A stretch of 64,000 nucleotides of DNA from an uncultured Gammaproteobacteria bacterium. Its GTDB lineage: Bacteria; Pseudomonadota; Gammaproteobacteria; Eutrophobiales; Eutrophobiaceae. This document shows, piece by piece, positions 41,207 to 50,659 of the stretch; position 1 is the first letter of the stretch; every line of letters starts with the position of its first letter. Made by a program: the position numbers and the translations under genes. The notes beneath the pieces are model-generated. The model worked only from the letters and a program-made list of their open reading frames with translations, made no database searches and had not been told where the DNA came from. The stretch lies in assembly GCA_943788815.1 (NCBI GenBank), contig CALSRS010000003.1, positions 161,193 to 225,192 of the forward strand, given 5' to 3'.

Positions 41207-42010
41207 CTATTTTAGCATGGTAAGTTGTCTAATATGGCTGACATGATTTGCATCGAGCATTTCCATTAGACTAACTAATTTAACTCCAAAAGCTTCCAGT
41301 TTTTCAAGGTTGTTTACCAGAACGTCAGTTGTTTCAGGGTAGGGATGGCCAATTGCAATAGCGCTGCCTTTTCGTTTTGCTATTTTAATAAGTTCAAGAA
41401 ATTGAGAGTTGATATATGATTTATCTCTTGTGTTGTCGAGAAAAACATCACGTTTTAAGTAAGGAACGTGGTTAATTTCCGCCATATTTCTGGTCACCGT
41501 ATTGCTAGCAGTGACACTATCGACAAATATTATCTTTTTTAAATATAAATATTCCATCAACCATTCCATCTGCTGTGTTTTACTCGTAAGCAGGCTTCCC
41601 ATGTGATTATTGACGCCAATAATGTTGGGCAAAGATTCAAGGTTATTACTGAGAGTATTAATGAATTGAGATTCTTTCATCTCAAGCTTTAACGCTCCTG
41701 GTCCGAGAAACTTGTTTTTTTCGGATTCTATTGCCTCCATAGGCAAATGTAGAATGACTGACTTGCCTGAATCTTTGGCAATATTTGATATTTTTATTGA
41801 ATTTGGTGCATGGGGCATTATTGCATAAGTAATCGGCCCTGGTATGCTTAGGGCATTAATATCATCAATGCTACGGTAGCCTATATCGTCAATAATTATG
41901 TTGATTATGGGGGTACTTACATGCCCAGCGGTGGAGGAATAGCAAAATATTGAGAGTAAGTAAGCAAGCAGGAATCTTGATAAGTTAAGTGCAAGTCCCT
42001 TTATATACAT
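41207..42010 (-). CDS. Divergent polysaccharide deacetylase family protein (YibQ-like)
   Basis: 267 aa with a signal peptide. Its position downstream of ctpA/envC/gpmI matches the conserved arrangement. Confidence 0.7.
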   Translation of the reverse strand: MYIKGLALNLSRFLLAYLLSIFCYSSTAGHVSTPIINIIIDDIGYRSIDDINALSIPGPITYAIMPHAPNSIKISNIAKDSGKSVILHLPMEAIESEKNKFLGPGALKLEMKESQFINTLSNNLESLPNIIGVNNHMGSLLTSKTQQMEWLMEYLYLKKIIFVDSVTASNTVTRNMAEINHVPYLKRDVFLDNTRDKSYINSQFLELIKIAKRKGSAIAIGHPYPETTDVLVNNLEKLEAFGVKLVSLMEMLDANHVSHIRQLTMLK

Positions 42011-42014
42011 CGTC

Positions 42015-43349
42015 TTAATCTGCTTTGTTTTGTGATAACACCATTCCTTTTAGAACATTAAGCGCTTCATATAATGCATAATCTGATTGGGATAATGTCA
42101 GTTCCTGCTCAGATTCTGAACTTGATTGTGATTGAGGATTTTCGGGTGAACTCGATGTGTCATCAGCTTGCTGCTCATTATTACTTTCAAGGTGACCACT
42201 CAAGTTTGCTTCGGAAACCCTTAATACATTTTGTTTAATTAATTCAATCTTTACTTCATCAATGGCGATATCAGGTACTATTCCAGATGCCTGTATAGAC
42301 CTGCCTGATGGAGTGTAATAACGTGCTGTGGTTAGCTTTAAAGCAGATTCGTTTGTCATTGGGAGTATCGTCTGTACAGAGCCCTTGCCAAATGTTTTTT
42401 GTCCGATTATTAAAGCTCTGTTGTGATCCTGTAAAGCGCCAGCAACAATTTCAGATGCAGAGGCGGATCCGCCGTTCACAAGGACTACCATGGGGGCGCT
42501 GTTTATCAGATCTACTGGTTTTGCATCAAATGTCAGTTTTGAGTCATTGACTCTTCCTTCCGTATAAACGATCAAACCCTCTTCAAGAAATAAATCTGAA
42601 ATAGCCACAGCACCACTTAAAATACCACCTGGATTATTTCTTAGATCCAGTATCAGGCCCTTTAAACTACCATCATTCTCTTCTTTTAATGACTCCAGGA
42701 CTCGTTGTGCATCATTCGCTGTATTTGTCTGGAAATTTGAAATTCTCAAGTAACCATAACCAGGTTCAAGAGTTCTGGTCCACGCACTTTTTCGAGTGAT
42801 AGTCTCTCTGGTAATTGTTAGCACGAGAGGTTGATCCAGTCCTTCTCTTGCAATTGTCAGATTAATATCCGTACCCGGTTTGCCTCGCATTATTTCTATA
42901 GCTGCACCTAATGACATACCTTTTACGGGTGAATCATCAAGCCTGATAATCAAGTCTCCAGCCTGTATACCAGCTTTTTGCGCGGGCGTGTCATCAATTG
43001 GTGCTATAACCTTTACAAAACCGTTCTCCATACTAATTTCTATACCCAGTCCACCAAATTCACCACTGGTACCTTCTTGTAAATTTTGAAACGCAGTTTC
43101 GTCCAGGTATGAAGAATGTGGATCCAGACCTTCTAGCAACCCTCGAATGGCGCTTTCAATTAATTCCTTATCATCAATAGATTCAACGTAATCGTTCTTA
43201 ACTTTATCGAATACTTCAGCAAATATTCGAATTTCATTAAATGGAATTTCCTGCGTTGAGTTTTGCGGTTCATCTTGTGCAATAAGATTTGTACCGAAAA
43301 ATGCCAGAAAAAGTGATAGCGGGATTTGATGGGATAATATTTTTTTCAT
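42015..43349 (-). CDS. ctpA: Carboxyl-terminal processing protease CtpA (S41A) with PDZ domain
   Basis: S41 catalytic Ser region GGSASASEIVAGALQD, K in TFGKGSVQ, and a PDZ domain. Confidence 0.9.
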   Translation of the reverse strand: MKKILSHQIPLSLFLAFFGTNLIAQDEPQNSTQEIPFNEIRIFAEVFDKVKNDYVESIDDKELIESAIRGLLEGLDPHSSYLDETAFQNLQEGTSGEFGGLGIEISMENGFVKVIAPIDDTPAQKAGIQAGDLIIRLDDSPVKGMSLGAAIEIMRGKPGTDINLTIAREGLDQPLVLTITRETITRKSAWTRTLEPGYGYLRISNFQTNTANDAQRVLESLKEENDGSLKGLILDLRNNPGGILSGAVAISDLFLEEGLIVYTEGRVNDSKLTFDAKPVDLINSAPMVVLVNGGSASASEIVAGALQDHNRALIIGQKTFGKGSVQTILPMTNESALKLTTARYYTPSGRSIQASGIVPDIAIDEVKIELIKQNVLRVSEANLSGHLESNNEQQADDTSSSPENPQSQSSSESEQELTLSQSDYALYEALNVLKGMVLSQNKAD

Positions 43350-43484
43350 TTTACCATGCCAGACTAAATAGTGAGTATTTGGACAAATGTGAGACCTGAT
43401 AATTCAATTGACCTGATTATAAATTGAATACTGCAATTAGGATATAGCGCATATTCATCTCGAACAAGCAATATCCATTTAGGA

Positions 43485-44678
43485 TTAATTTTTGCACCAC
43501 AATCCGGGATTTTGAGGTGCTCCCTGCTGCCTTATTTCGAAGTACAGAGCAGGTTCAGTTTGGCCTCCAGTATTTCCAACTTTAGCAACAATCTCTCCAG
43601 TATTCACAAAGTCATCTGCTTTTTTAAGAAGACGCTCATTATGTCCATACAAGCTCATAAAACCATTACCATGGTCTATTATCATTAGTAAGCCAAGGTT
43701 TCTGAACCAGTCAGCAAATATCACTTTCCCTGCGCTTACCGCCTGCACATCATTACCAATCTCGGACGATATTCTGACACCGTTCCATTTCAACTTACCT
43801 TCCCTTTTGGGAGACCCAAAACGTGTAATTAAATTTCCTTTAACTGGCCAGCCTAACTTCCCTTTAAGAGATGAAAATGGAGGCAAATTTTCATAAAGCT
43901 CAACAATATCCTGTTCATTTTTTAAATTATTAATCAGGTTGCTCAGTTCTTGTTCGTCATATTGTAGGTTAACTAGCTGCGTGTCTTGCTCTGAAATATA
44001 AGAATTTAATTCTGATATTGATGATTTTCTTACGTCTCGCAATCCTGATAATTTTGATAATTCAATAAGTTGTTCAGATTTAAATGTTTCTAACTTTTCA
44101 GATTCATTAGAAATTGCTATTTTAATCTGATTTAGGTTGTTTAATGTTATTTGCACTTCGGAAATTCTATCTGCACGTGCTTTATTATAATAATCATGGT
44201 ACGCCATCATTCTACCAACCAATTCTGGGTTCTCTTGATTTAGAAGCATCTTTACAAAATCATGCCGCCCAGTTTTATATGCAGTTCGAATTTGTTCGGC
44301 AAGTAGATCACGTTCATGAAGTAGAATATTTTCCTGATCGCGGCTTTCAATTTGTAATTGATCAAGTCTACTTAACTGAGTTTCAATCTTTATTTTAAGT
44401 TCATCGATATTTAGTGATAAGTTAGCAATAGACTTTTCATTTGATTCGATCTCAGTCATATATTTATCGACACTTTCCTGGGCAGAGGAAATTCTCGATT
44501 GGACATTTTTTATTTCAGAACGAATGGATTCAAGTTCGATTTCTTGCTCTTCAACATCATTTTGATGCTCGGATGCTAATGGATTTGTTGGGGTGAAAAA
44601 TAAAATGCTTAAGCAAAGCAACAGGCACAGTGAAAAAAACCGCGCCCTTAACAGGGTTATTCTGTCTTTAGTTTCCAC
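43485..44678 (-). CDS. envC: Murein hydrolase activator EnvC-like (coiled coil + LytM/M23 domain)
   Basis: Long coiled-coil N-terminal half. The C-terminal M23 domain is GNGFMSLYGHNERLL...GNTGG. It overlaps the gpmI end by 11 nt. Confidence 0.8.
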   Translation of the reverse strand: METKDRITLLRARFFSLCLLLCLSILFFTPTNPLASEHQNDVEEQEIELESIRSEIKNVQSRISSAQESVDKYMTEIESNEKSIANLSLNIDELKIKIETQLSRLDQLQIESRDQENILLHERDLLAEQIRTAYKTGRHDFVKMLLNQENPELVGRMMAYHDYYNKARADRISEVQITLNNLNQIKIAISNESEKLETFKSEQLIELSKLSGLRDVRKSSISELNSYISEQDTQLVNLQYDEQELSNLINNLKNEQDIVELYENLPPFSSLKGKLGWPVKGNLITRFGSPKREGKLKWNGVRISSEIGNDVQAVSAGKVIFADWFRNLGLLMIIDHGNGFMSLYGHNERLLKKADDFVNTGEIVAKVGNTGGQTEPALYFEIRQQGAPQNPGLWCKN

Positions 44679-46257
44679 CTATGGCCTGTTTTTGATCGAA
44701 TATAATTTCAAAAAGATTACGTCCTGTCATTTCTGGAGGTTGTTCCAGTTCCATAATATTTAATAATGTTGGGGCAATATCACATAAGGCCCCAACCCCC
44801 GGGTTTGCCACTGCATCTCTGCCAATATATATAAAAGGCACATAATTTATTGTATGTGCTGTATGTGCTTCTGCTTTAATTTTTTCAGTAATATAAGATT
44901 TCATTTGTTCAGCGTTACCATGGTCAGAGGTAATTAATATTTCACCACCTTTTTCAGTTACAGCATCAATTACCTGACCAAGACAGCTATCTATACACTC
45001 TATTGCCTTTACTGCAGCATCAAATTTACCAGAATGTCCGACCATGTCAGCATTTGCATAATTGCATATAATGACATCGTATTTATCACTATTAATTGCA
45101 TCAACAAGTTTGCCAGTCACTTCATTAGCACTCATTTCTGGCTTCAGATCATAGGTTGCAATATTTGGTGACGGTATCAGGATTCTATCTTCTTTATCAA
45201 ATACTCTTTCTTCACCTCCGTTAAAGAAAAAAGTGACATGGGCATATTTTTCTGTTTCTGCAATACGTAACTGGCTAAGACCAAGATTTGACAAATATTC
45301 ACCTAAAACATTTTCGAGTCTTTCAGGTGGATATGCCATGGGAAATTTGAAATCAGCTTTGTACTGGGTCATGCTAATAAAGCAATTCAGAGGTACAGTC
45401 CTGCTTTTTTCAAAATGTTCGAACTCTGGATCAGTGATTGCCTGTGAAAGTTGCCTGGCTCTATCTGCTCTGTAATTTGCAAACATAATAATATCACCAT
45501 CTTCAACCTGTACCCGTTGATCATTATCAGGAAGAATAGCAGTTGGTTTTACAAATTCATCAGATTCACCTCGCTCATACGCAAGATCAATTGCAATAAA
45601 AGGATCTTCGGCAACAAATTCAGATTTCCCATCCATAATTAAATCATATGCAAGTTTTGTGCGGTCCCAAAAATTATTTCGGTCCATTGCAAAATATCGT
45701 CCTGTAATACTTGCAAAACTCCCTATTTCAAGTTCACGCATTTTTACCTGTGCCTGGTGTACATATTCCTGAGCACTTTTAGGTGGTGTGTCTCGTCCGT
45801 CCAGGAATGCATGGAGATAAACTTTTTCCAATTGGCACTGCTTTGCCAGCTCGAGTAACGCAAATATATGGTCTTGATGGCTATGAACGCCACCAGGAGA
45901 TAATAATCCCAGGATGTGCAAAGATTTTTTGTTTTTTGCTGCTCGTTTGAATGCTGGAACCAGAGTCTGATTGTTAAAGAAGTCACCATCCTCTATAGAC
46001 TGCATGATACGGGTAAATTCCTGATGGACTACCCGGCCAGATCCGATATTCATATGCCCAACTTCAGAATTACCCATTTGAAGATCAGGCAGGCCAACAT
46101 CTGTACCTGATGCGCTGACCAGTGTGTGTGGATATTTCTTCCATATACTATCCCAGACAGGCTTATTGGCACTGTGAATTGCATTGAACAGGGTATTTTC
46201 AGAATACCCCCATCCATCAAGAATTATTAGTACGTATGGTTTCTTCGCTAACTGCAT
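44668..46257 (-). CDS. gpmI: 2,3-bisphosphoglycerate-independent phosphoglycerate mutase
   Basis: 529 aa: VLIILDGWGY...SEVGHMNIGSGR; TSDHGNAE. Confidence 0.95.
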   Translation of the reverse strand: MQLAKKPYVLIILDGWGYSENTLFNAIHSANKPVWDSIWKKYPHTLVSASGTDVGLPDLQMGNSEVGHMNIGSGRVVHQEFTRIMQSIEDGDFFNNQTLVPAFKRAAKNKKSLHILGLLSPGGVHSHQDHIFALLELAKQCQLEKVYLHAFLDGRDTPPKSAQEYVHQAQVKMRELEIGSFASITGRYFAMDRNNFWDRTKLAYDLIMDGKSEFVAEDPFIAIDLAYERGESDEFVKPTAILPDNDQRVQVEDGDIIMFANYRADRARQLSQAITDPEFEHFEKSRTVPLNCFISMTQYKADFKFPMAYPPERLENVLGEYLSNLGLSQLRIAETEKYAHVTFFFNGGEERVFDKEDRILIPSPNIATYDLKPEMSANEVTGKLVDAINSDKYDVIICNYANADMVGHSGKFDAAVKAIECIDSCLGQVIDAVTEKGGEILITSDHGNAEQMKSYITEKIKAEAHTAHTINYVPFIYIGRDAVANPGVGALCDIAPTLLNIMELEQPPEMTGRNLFEIIFDQKQAIGGN

Positions 46258-46522
46258 GTTCTTAGTATAAAATTGAGATAAAACAGTTCATATTGTGTAT
46301 GTCCAATATACCCTAAGTTGAAATATATCCACCAATATTTGGGCGCAGAGTTTATCATGAAAAACATTGTGTTCCGAGGACATATCTATGAATTGTTGAT
46401 TCCTGACTGATATGCAGTGGTTCTATTTTAAACTAAGAGCATATTAACTAATTCATCAATAATTTTTTATTCAATCCAATATGACGTATGATTTCGTTGC
46501 TTAAATAAAATGTGTGAATCTA

Positions 46523-46957
46523 ATGGACAAACTACTGGAATTTTTAGGAAATAATCTTTTTTGGGCAAGCTTATGGTTTGCTATACTAATCTTGTTGCTT
46601 TGGAATATGTTTAGCGATTTGATAATGGGTATCGTCCAGCTTGAACCGATGGATGTTACGCGGCGAATGAATAACGAAAACGCAGTTCTTATTGATTTGA
46701 GGCAAGAGTCAGATTATAAATCAGGTCACATTATTAATTCTATAAATATGCCTGAGAATGAATTCGCAAATAGAAAAAATGAACTGGACAAGTATAAGAA
46801 TAAACCTTTAACTCTGTACTGTCAGACTGGCTCTGTTGCTACACGAATAGTGCGCCAATTAAAATCAGAAGGATTTGAAGATATATCCTGCCTAAAAGGT
46901 GGTGTACTAAGTTGGCAACGTGCAAATCTCCCGTTGTCCCGTGGAGACAAAAAATAA
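46523..46957 (+). CDS. Rhodanese-like domain protein with N-terminal TM anchor (YibN-like)
   Basis: An N-terminal TM segment and rhodanese active-site loop YCQTGSVATR. The ORF-track start is GTG at 46514. The ATG at 46523 is preferred. Confidence 0.7.
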   Translation: MDKLLEFLGNNLFWASLWFAILILLLWNMFSDLIMGIVQLEPMDVTRRMNNENAVLIDLRQESDYKSGHIINSINMPENEFANRKNELDKYKNKPLTLYCQTGSVATRIVRQLKSEGFEDISCLKGGVLSWQRANLPLSRGDKK

Positions 46958-46969
46958 CCTGGAATTAAT

Positions 46970-47443
46970 ATGACTACAGAAACACAGACTAATCAGGAAG
47001 CAGAAAAGTCTAATAATCAGGCTCAATTTTCCATTGAAAAAATTTATGTTAAAGACTTGTCTTTTGAAACCCCTAATTCACCTCAGATCTTTCAGAAAAA
47101 ATGGGAGCCTGTTGTTAATATGGATCTGGCTAATTCGTCAACATCACTTAACGAAGACTTTTACGAGGTAGTCCTTTCAATAACTGTCACAGTTAGTTTT
47201 GAGAATGACACCGTGTATCTTATTGAAGTCCAGCAGGCGGGGATCTTTAAGGTACTGAATGTCCCGAATGAAGTATTAGGCAGGATGTTAAATACTATTT
47301 GCCCAAATATTCTATTTCCATTTGCAAGGGAAGTTATATCTGACCTTGTAACCAAAGGTGGCTTCCCTCAATTATTGGTGGCACCTGTAAACTTTGGTGC
47401 ACTATATCAACAACAATCTGATAAAATTTCAAAAAGTAATTAA
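46970..47443 (+). CDS. secB: Protein-export chaperone SecB
   Basis: FSIEKIYVKDLSFETPNSP; 157 aa. Confidence 0.9.
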   Translation: MTTETQTNQEAEKSNNQAQFSIEKIYVKDLSFETPNSPQIFQKKWEPVVNMDLANSSTSLNEDFYEVVLSITVTVSFENDTVYLIEVQQAGIFKVLNVPNEVLGRMLNTICPNILFPFAREVISDLVTKGGFPQLLVAPVNFGALYQQQSDKISKSN

Positions 47444-47497
47444 TGTTAATCATTTTTCAAGTGACGAAGATTCTTAGTAAACATTTCCGGTAAGAGT

Positions 47498-48499
47498 ATG
47501 GATAAAAGAAAATCAGTTTTTGTGATTGGGGCCGGATCATGGGGGACAGCACTTGCCTTGGTGCTGGCAAAAAATGAACGAACTGTATTTTTGTGGGATA
47601 AGGACACACAGCACATTAATAGTTTGATCCAGGATTGTTGTAATCAGAAACATTTGCCTGGCATTATGTTTCCTGAAAATTTAAAGCCTGTTATAAAATT
47701 TCCTGCAGATAATAATGTGGTCGATTTCGTTATCGTTGTACCGTGTGAGTATTTAGAAGATGTTCTACACAAATTAAAAAATAATAAATCTGGCGAAATC
47801 AGCTTATGTCTTGCAAGCAAAGGACTTGCCCCGGATTCTCTAAAACTCAATCATGAAATTGTTTCCGATATTATGGGAGATATTCATGTGGGCATATTAT
47901 CAGGACCATCATTTGCAAAAGAGGTTGCAACAGGATTGCCAACAGCAGTAACCATAGCCTCTTCTAACCCAGATATTGCTGAGCATTATATGCAAATGTT
48001 TCATAATGAATCATTTCGAATCTATACCCACGATGATATTGTCGGAGTGCAGGTTGGAGGAGCAGTGAAGAATGTAATGGCGATAGCTGCAGGAATTTCA
48101 GATGGACTTGGTTTCGGTGCAAATACCAGGGCAGCTGTTATAACTCGTGGACTTGCTGAGATTACCCGGCTGGGTATAGCTATGGGTGGAAGGCTTGAAA
48201 CATTTATGGGTTTGGCCGGCTTAGGTGATCTCGTGTTGACATGTACAGATGACCAATCACGTAACCGAAGGCTGGGTCTTGCATTGGCAAAAGGTCAAAA
48301 TCTGGAATCGGCAAAATCTGAAATAGGTCAGGCCATTGAAGGTGTAAGGACGGTAGTCGCAGTAAAAGAACTGGCTGATAAATACCAGATTGAAATGCCG
48401 ATTAGTGAACAAATTTACCAACTGATAAATGGTGAAATTGATCCCCGCCAGGCGGTCCAGAACCTGTTGCATCGAGACCCCAAGCAGGAAAGGTTTTAG
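47498..48499 (+). CDS. gpsA: NAD(P)H-dependent glycerol-3-phosphate dehydrogenase
   Basis: VIGAGSWGTALA; 333 aa. Confidence 0.95.
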   Translation: MDKRKSVFVIGAGSWGTALALVLAKNERTVFLWDKDTQHINSLIQDCCNQKHLPGIMFPENLKPVIKFPADNNVVDFVIVVPCEYLEDVLHKLKNNKSGEISLCLASKGLAPDSLKLNHEIVSDIMGDIHVGILSGPSFAKEVATGLPTAVTIASSNPDIAEHYMQMFHNESFRIYTHDDIVGVQVGGAVKNVMAIAAGISDGLGFGANTRAAVITRGLAEITRLGIAMGGRLETFMGLAGLGDLVLTCTDDQSRNRRLGLALAKGQNLESAKSEIGQAIEGVRTVVAVKELADKYQIEMPISEQIYQLINGEIDPRQAVQNLLHRDPKQERF

Positions 48500-48544
48500 G
48501 TATTATTTTTTATTAGGAAAATACATTGCGCTAGGTTCAAATAT

Positions 48545-49009
48545 CTAAGCAACTCCTCCAAAATTAATTTGCCTTAAGGCTTCATACAAAATAACAGCAA
48601 CAGCATTCGATAGATTCAAACTTCGGCTATTATTTTGCATTGGTATCCTTAAAATATTATTTTGTCCAGTATAGTTAAGAATATCTTCTGGTAATCCGCG
48701 TGTTTCAGGACCAAAAATGATTGTGTCACCCTCACTAAACGCTACATTTGTATATCTTTTTTCTCCTTTAGTTGAGGCTGCAAACAATCTATTTGCAGTA
48801 TGGTTTTTAATGAAATTTTCAAATGAATCATGTTCTACGACTCTGGATAATTCCCTGTAATCCATACCGGCCCGCCTTAGCTGTTTATCATTTAGATCAA
48901 ATCCAAGAGGATGAATCAGATGGAGGTAAGCACCTGCATTTGCTGTTAATCTTATTATATTACCAGTATTTGGTGGGATTTCGGGTTCAAACAATACAAT
49001 ATGAAACAT
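48545..49009 (-). CDS. trmL: tRNA (cytidine34/cmnm5U34-2'-O)-methyltransferase TrmL (SpoU family)
   Basis: MFHIVLFEPEIPPNTGNIIRL matches E. coli TrmL. The ORF-track start is TTG at 49015. The ATG at 49009 is preferred. Confidence 0.85.
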   Translation of the reverse strand: MFHIVLFEPEIPPNTGNIIRLTANAGAYLHLIHPLGFDLNDKQLRRAGMDYRELSRVVEHDSFENFIKNHTANRLFAASTKGEKRYTNVAFSEGDTIIFGPETRGLPEDILNYTGQNNILRIPMQNNSRSLNLSNAVAVILYEALRQINFGGVA

Positions 49010-49102
49010 ATTCAAGTATAAAATCTATAGATGGATTGTTTAATCTATCTGATTAATGTCCTTAACGCTATAATGGGAATATCTAAATCATAAATATAAC
49101 TC

Positions 49103-50053
49103 ATGAGTAATATGGCTGCGCGAAATACACCCTTGGTACTGGATTTTTGTGGGATGAAGTTATCCAATCCACTTGTTTTGTTGTCAGGTTGTGTCGGTTT
49201 TGGTGAGGAGTATACGAGAATAAAAGGGTTCTCAAACAAGGATGTCGGCGCGATCTGTCTCAAGGGAACCACGCTGAATGCCAGGTTGGGTAATAACCCA
49301 CATCGTGTCACTGAAACTAATATGGGGATGCTGAATGCTATCGGCTTGCAAAACCCTGGGGCTGTCACTGTGGTAAAGGATTATTTACCACTACTTGATT
49401 TTTCCGAAACTCGCTTTATTGCCAATGTTAGTGGTTCAACGATAGATGAATATGAAGAGGTGACAAGAATATTCGATGATTCGCCAATAGATGCAATAGA
49501 AATAAATATTTCCTGTCCTAATGTAAAAGAGGGTGGTGTTCAGTTTGGAAATTTTCCGGAGATGTCCGCCAAAGTAGTTGAAGCCTGTAGAAGAGCGACC
49601 AATAAACCCTTGATAACCAAATTATCCCCAAACCAAACAGATATTGCAGAAAATGCAAGGTGTTGTATTGAAGCCGGAAGTGATGCTTTTGCGGTGATTA
49701 ATACAGTAACTGGCATGTCTATTGATATTAAAAAACGGATTCCCGTTCTTGGAAATAATCTGGGCGGGCTTTCAGGACCAGCAATTAAACCCATTGCCTT
49801 GCTAAAAGTCCATCAGGTATATCAGGCATGTAAGGACAAAAATATTCCAATAATTGGGCAGGGAGGGATAACAACAGTAGATGATGCACTGGAATTTATT
49901 ATCGCCGGCGCAACTGCGATTGGAATTGGAACGGCACTGTTTTATGAACCACTACTCTGTAAAGATCTGGCAGATGGGTTGACAACATTTCTTAAGGAGA
50001 ACAACCTGTCTCATGTTTCTGAATTGACAGGTACTTTGCGTTTGAATGAATAG
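49103..50053 (+). CDS. Dihydroorotate dehydrogenase-like flavoenzyme, class 1 (DHOD/DPD family, Cys active-site base)
   Basis: NISCPNV active-site motif with Cys rather than Ser. TIM-barrel FMN motifs (GQGGITT; GATAIGIGTA) are present. 316 aa with no N-terminal membrane helix and no adjacent PyrK-like subunit. Confidence 0.7.
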   Translation: MSNMAARNTPLVLDFCGMKLSNPLVLLSGCVGFGEEYTRIKGFSNKDVGAICLKGTTLNARLGNNPHRVTETNMGMLNAIGLQNPGAVTVVKDYLPLLDFSETRFIANVSGSTIDEYEEVTRIFDDSPIDAIEINISCPNVKEGGVQFGNFPEMSAKVVEACRRATNKPLITKLSPNQTDIAENARCCIEAGSDAFAVINTVTGMSIDIKKRIPVLGNNLGGLSGPAIKPIALLKVHQVYQACKDKNIPIIGQGGITTVDDALEFIIAGATAIGIGTALFYEPLLCKDLADGLTTFLKENNLSHVSELTGTLRLNE

Positions 50054-50080
50054 GCTCGCAGCTTGGCTACAACGGTAATT

Positions 50081-50659
50081 TCATATAGATTTTTGCGCGA
50101 CCAACATCGCTATCCCCTGAAATTCTTCATTATCTCCTGAGTTTCCATCTTCGCGGTAATATTTTATTGAGAGCGGAGCAAATAGTCTCAATAGTTCATT
50201 TTGATCGAGCTTATAGTTTGGGTTAACTGGCGCAGGTTGTGTTACTCGCTGTTTTGTAAATGTTTGATAAAATACCAGCCCATTATTCTTGAGGGCAGAT
50301 ATTATTGCCGGGATTAAGGATCTCTCAAGAAAATTCGAAACGACAATTACATCAAAGCTATTAGAATCTGGAGGTTGATTGACAACATCTCTGTGGGCAA
50401 TAGTAATCGATACTTTTCTTGATTTGGCAGTCTGATTTAAATGTGACAGTGCAACTCCAGACAAATCCCATGCGGAGGTTTCTAATCCATTTTCTGCAAG
50501 AACAAGTGCGTTTCCCCCAGGGCCGCAGGCCAGATCCAGTGCAGATCCCTGGTCAGGCAATAAATGTAAATTTGTAGTCAATACACTCGAGGGGGAGTTG
50601 GTTATTATATTTTTAGACTGATATTTACTGTCCCACTTAAGGCCTATATCTTCAGTCAT
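50081..50659 (-). CDS. Class I SAM-dependent methyltransferase (TehB-like small MTase)
   Basis: LDLACGPGGNALVLAENG motif I. 192 aa, located immediately downstream of trkH with abutting stop/start. Confidence 0.65.
   Translation of the reverse strand: MTEDIGLKWDSKYQSKNIITNSPSSVLTTNLHLLPDQGSALDLACGPGGNALVLAENGLETSAWDLSGVALSHLNQTAKSRKVSITIAHRDVVNQPPDSNSFDVIVVSNFLERSLIPAIISALKNNGLVFYQTFTKQRVTQPAPVNPNYKLDQNELLRLFAPLSIKYYREDGNSGDNEEFQGIAMLVAQKSI

Noticed and set aside
50054-50080. A short GC-rich segment GGCTCGCAGCTTGGCTACAACGG after the DHOD-like gene was considered as a REP-like element or terminator.
   Set aside because: Only 3-bp complementary arms are present, so there is no convincing hairpin and no U-tract.
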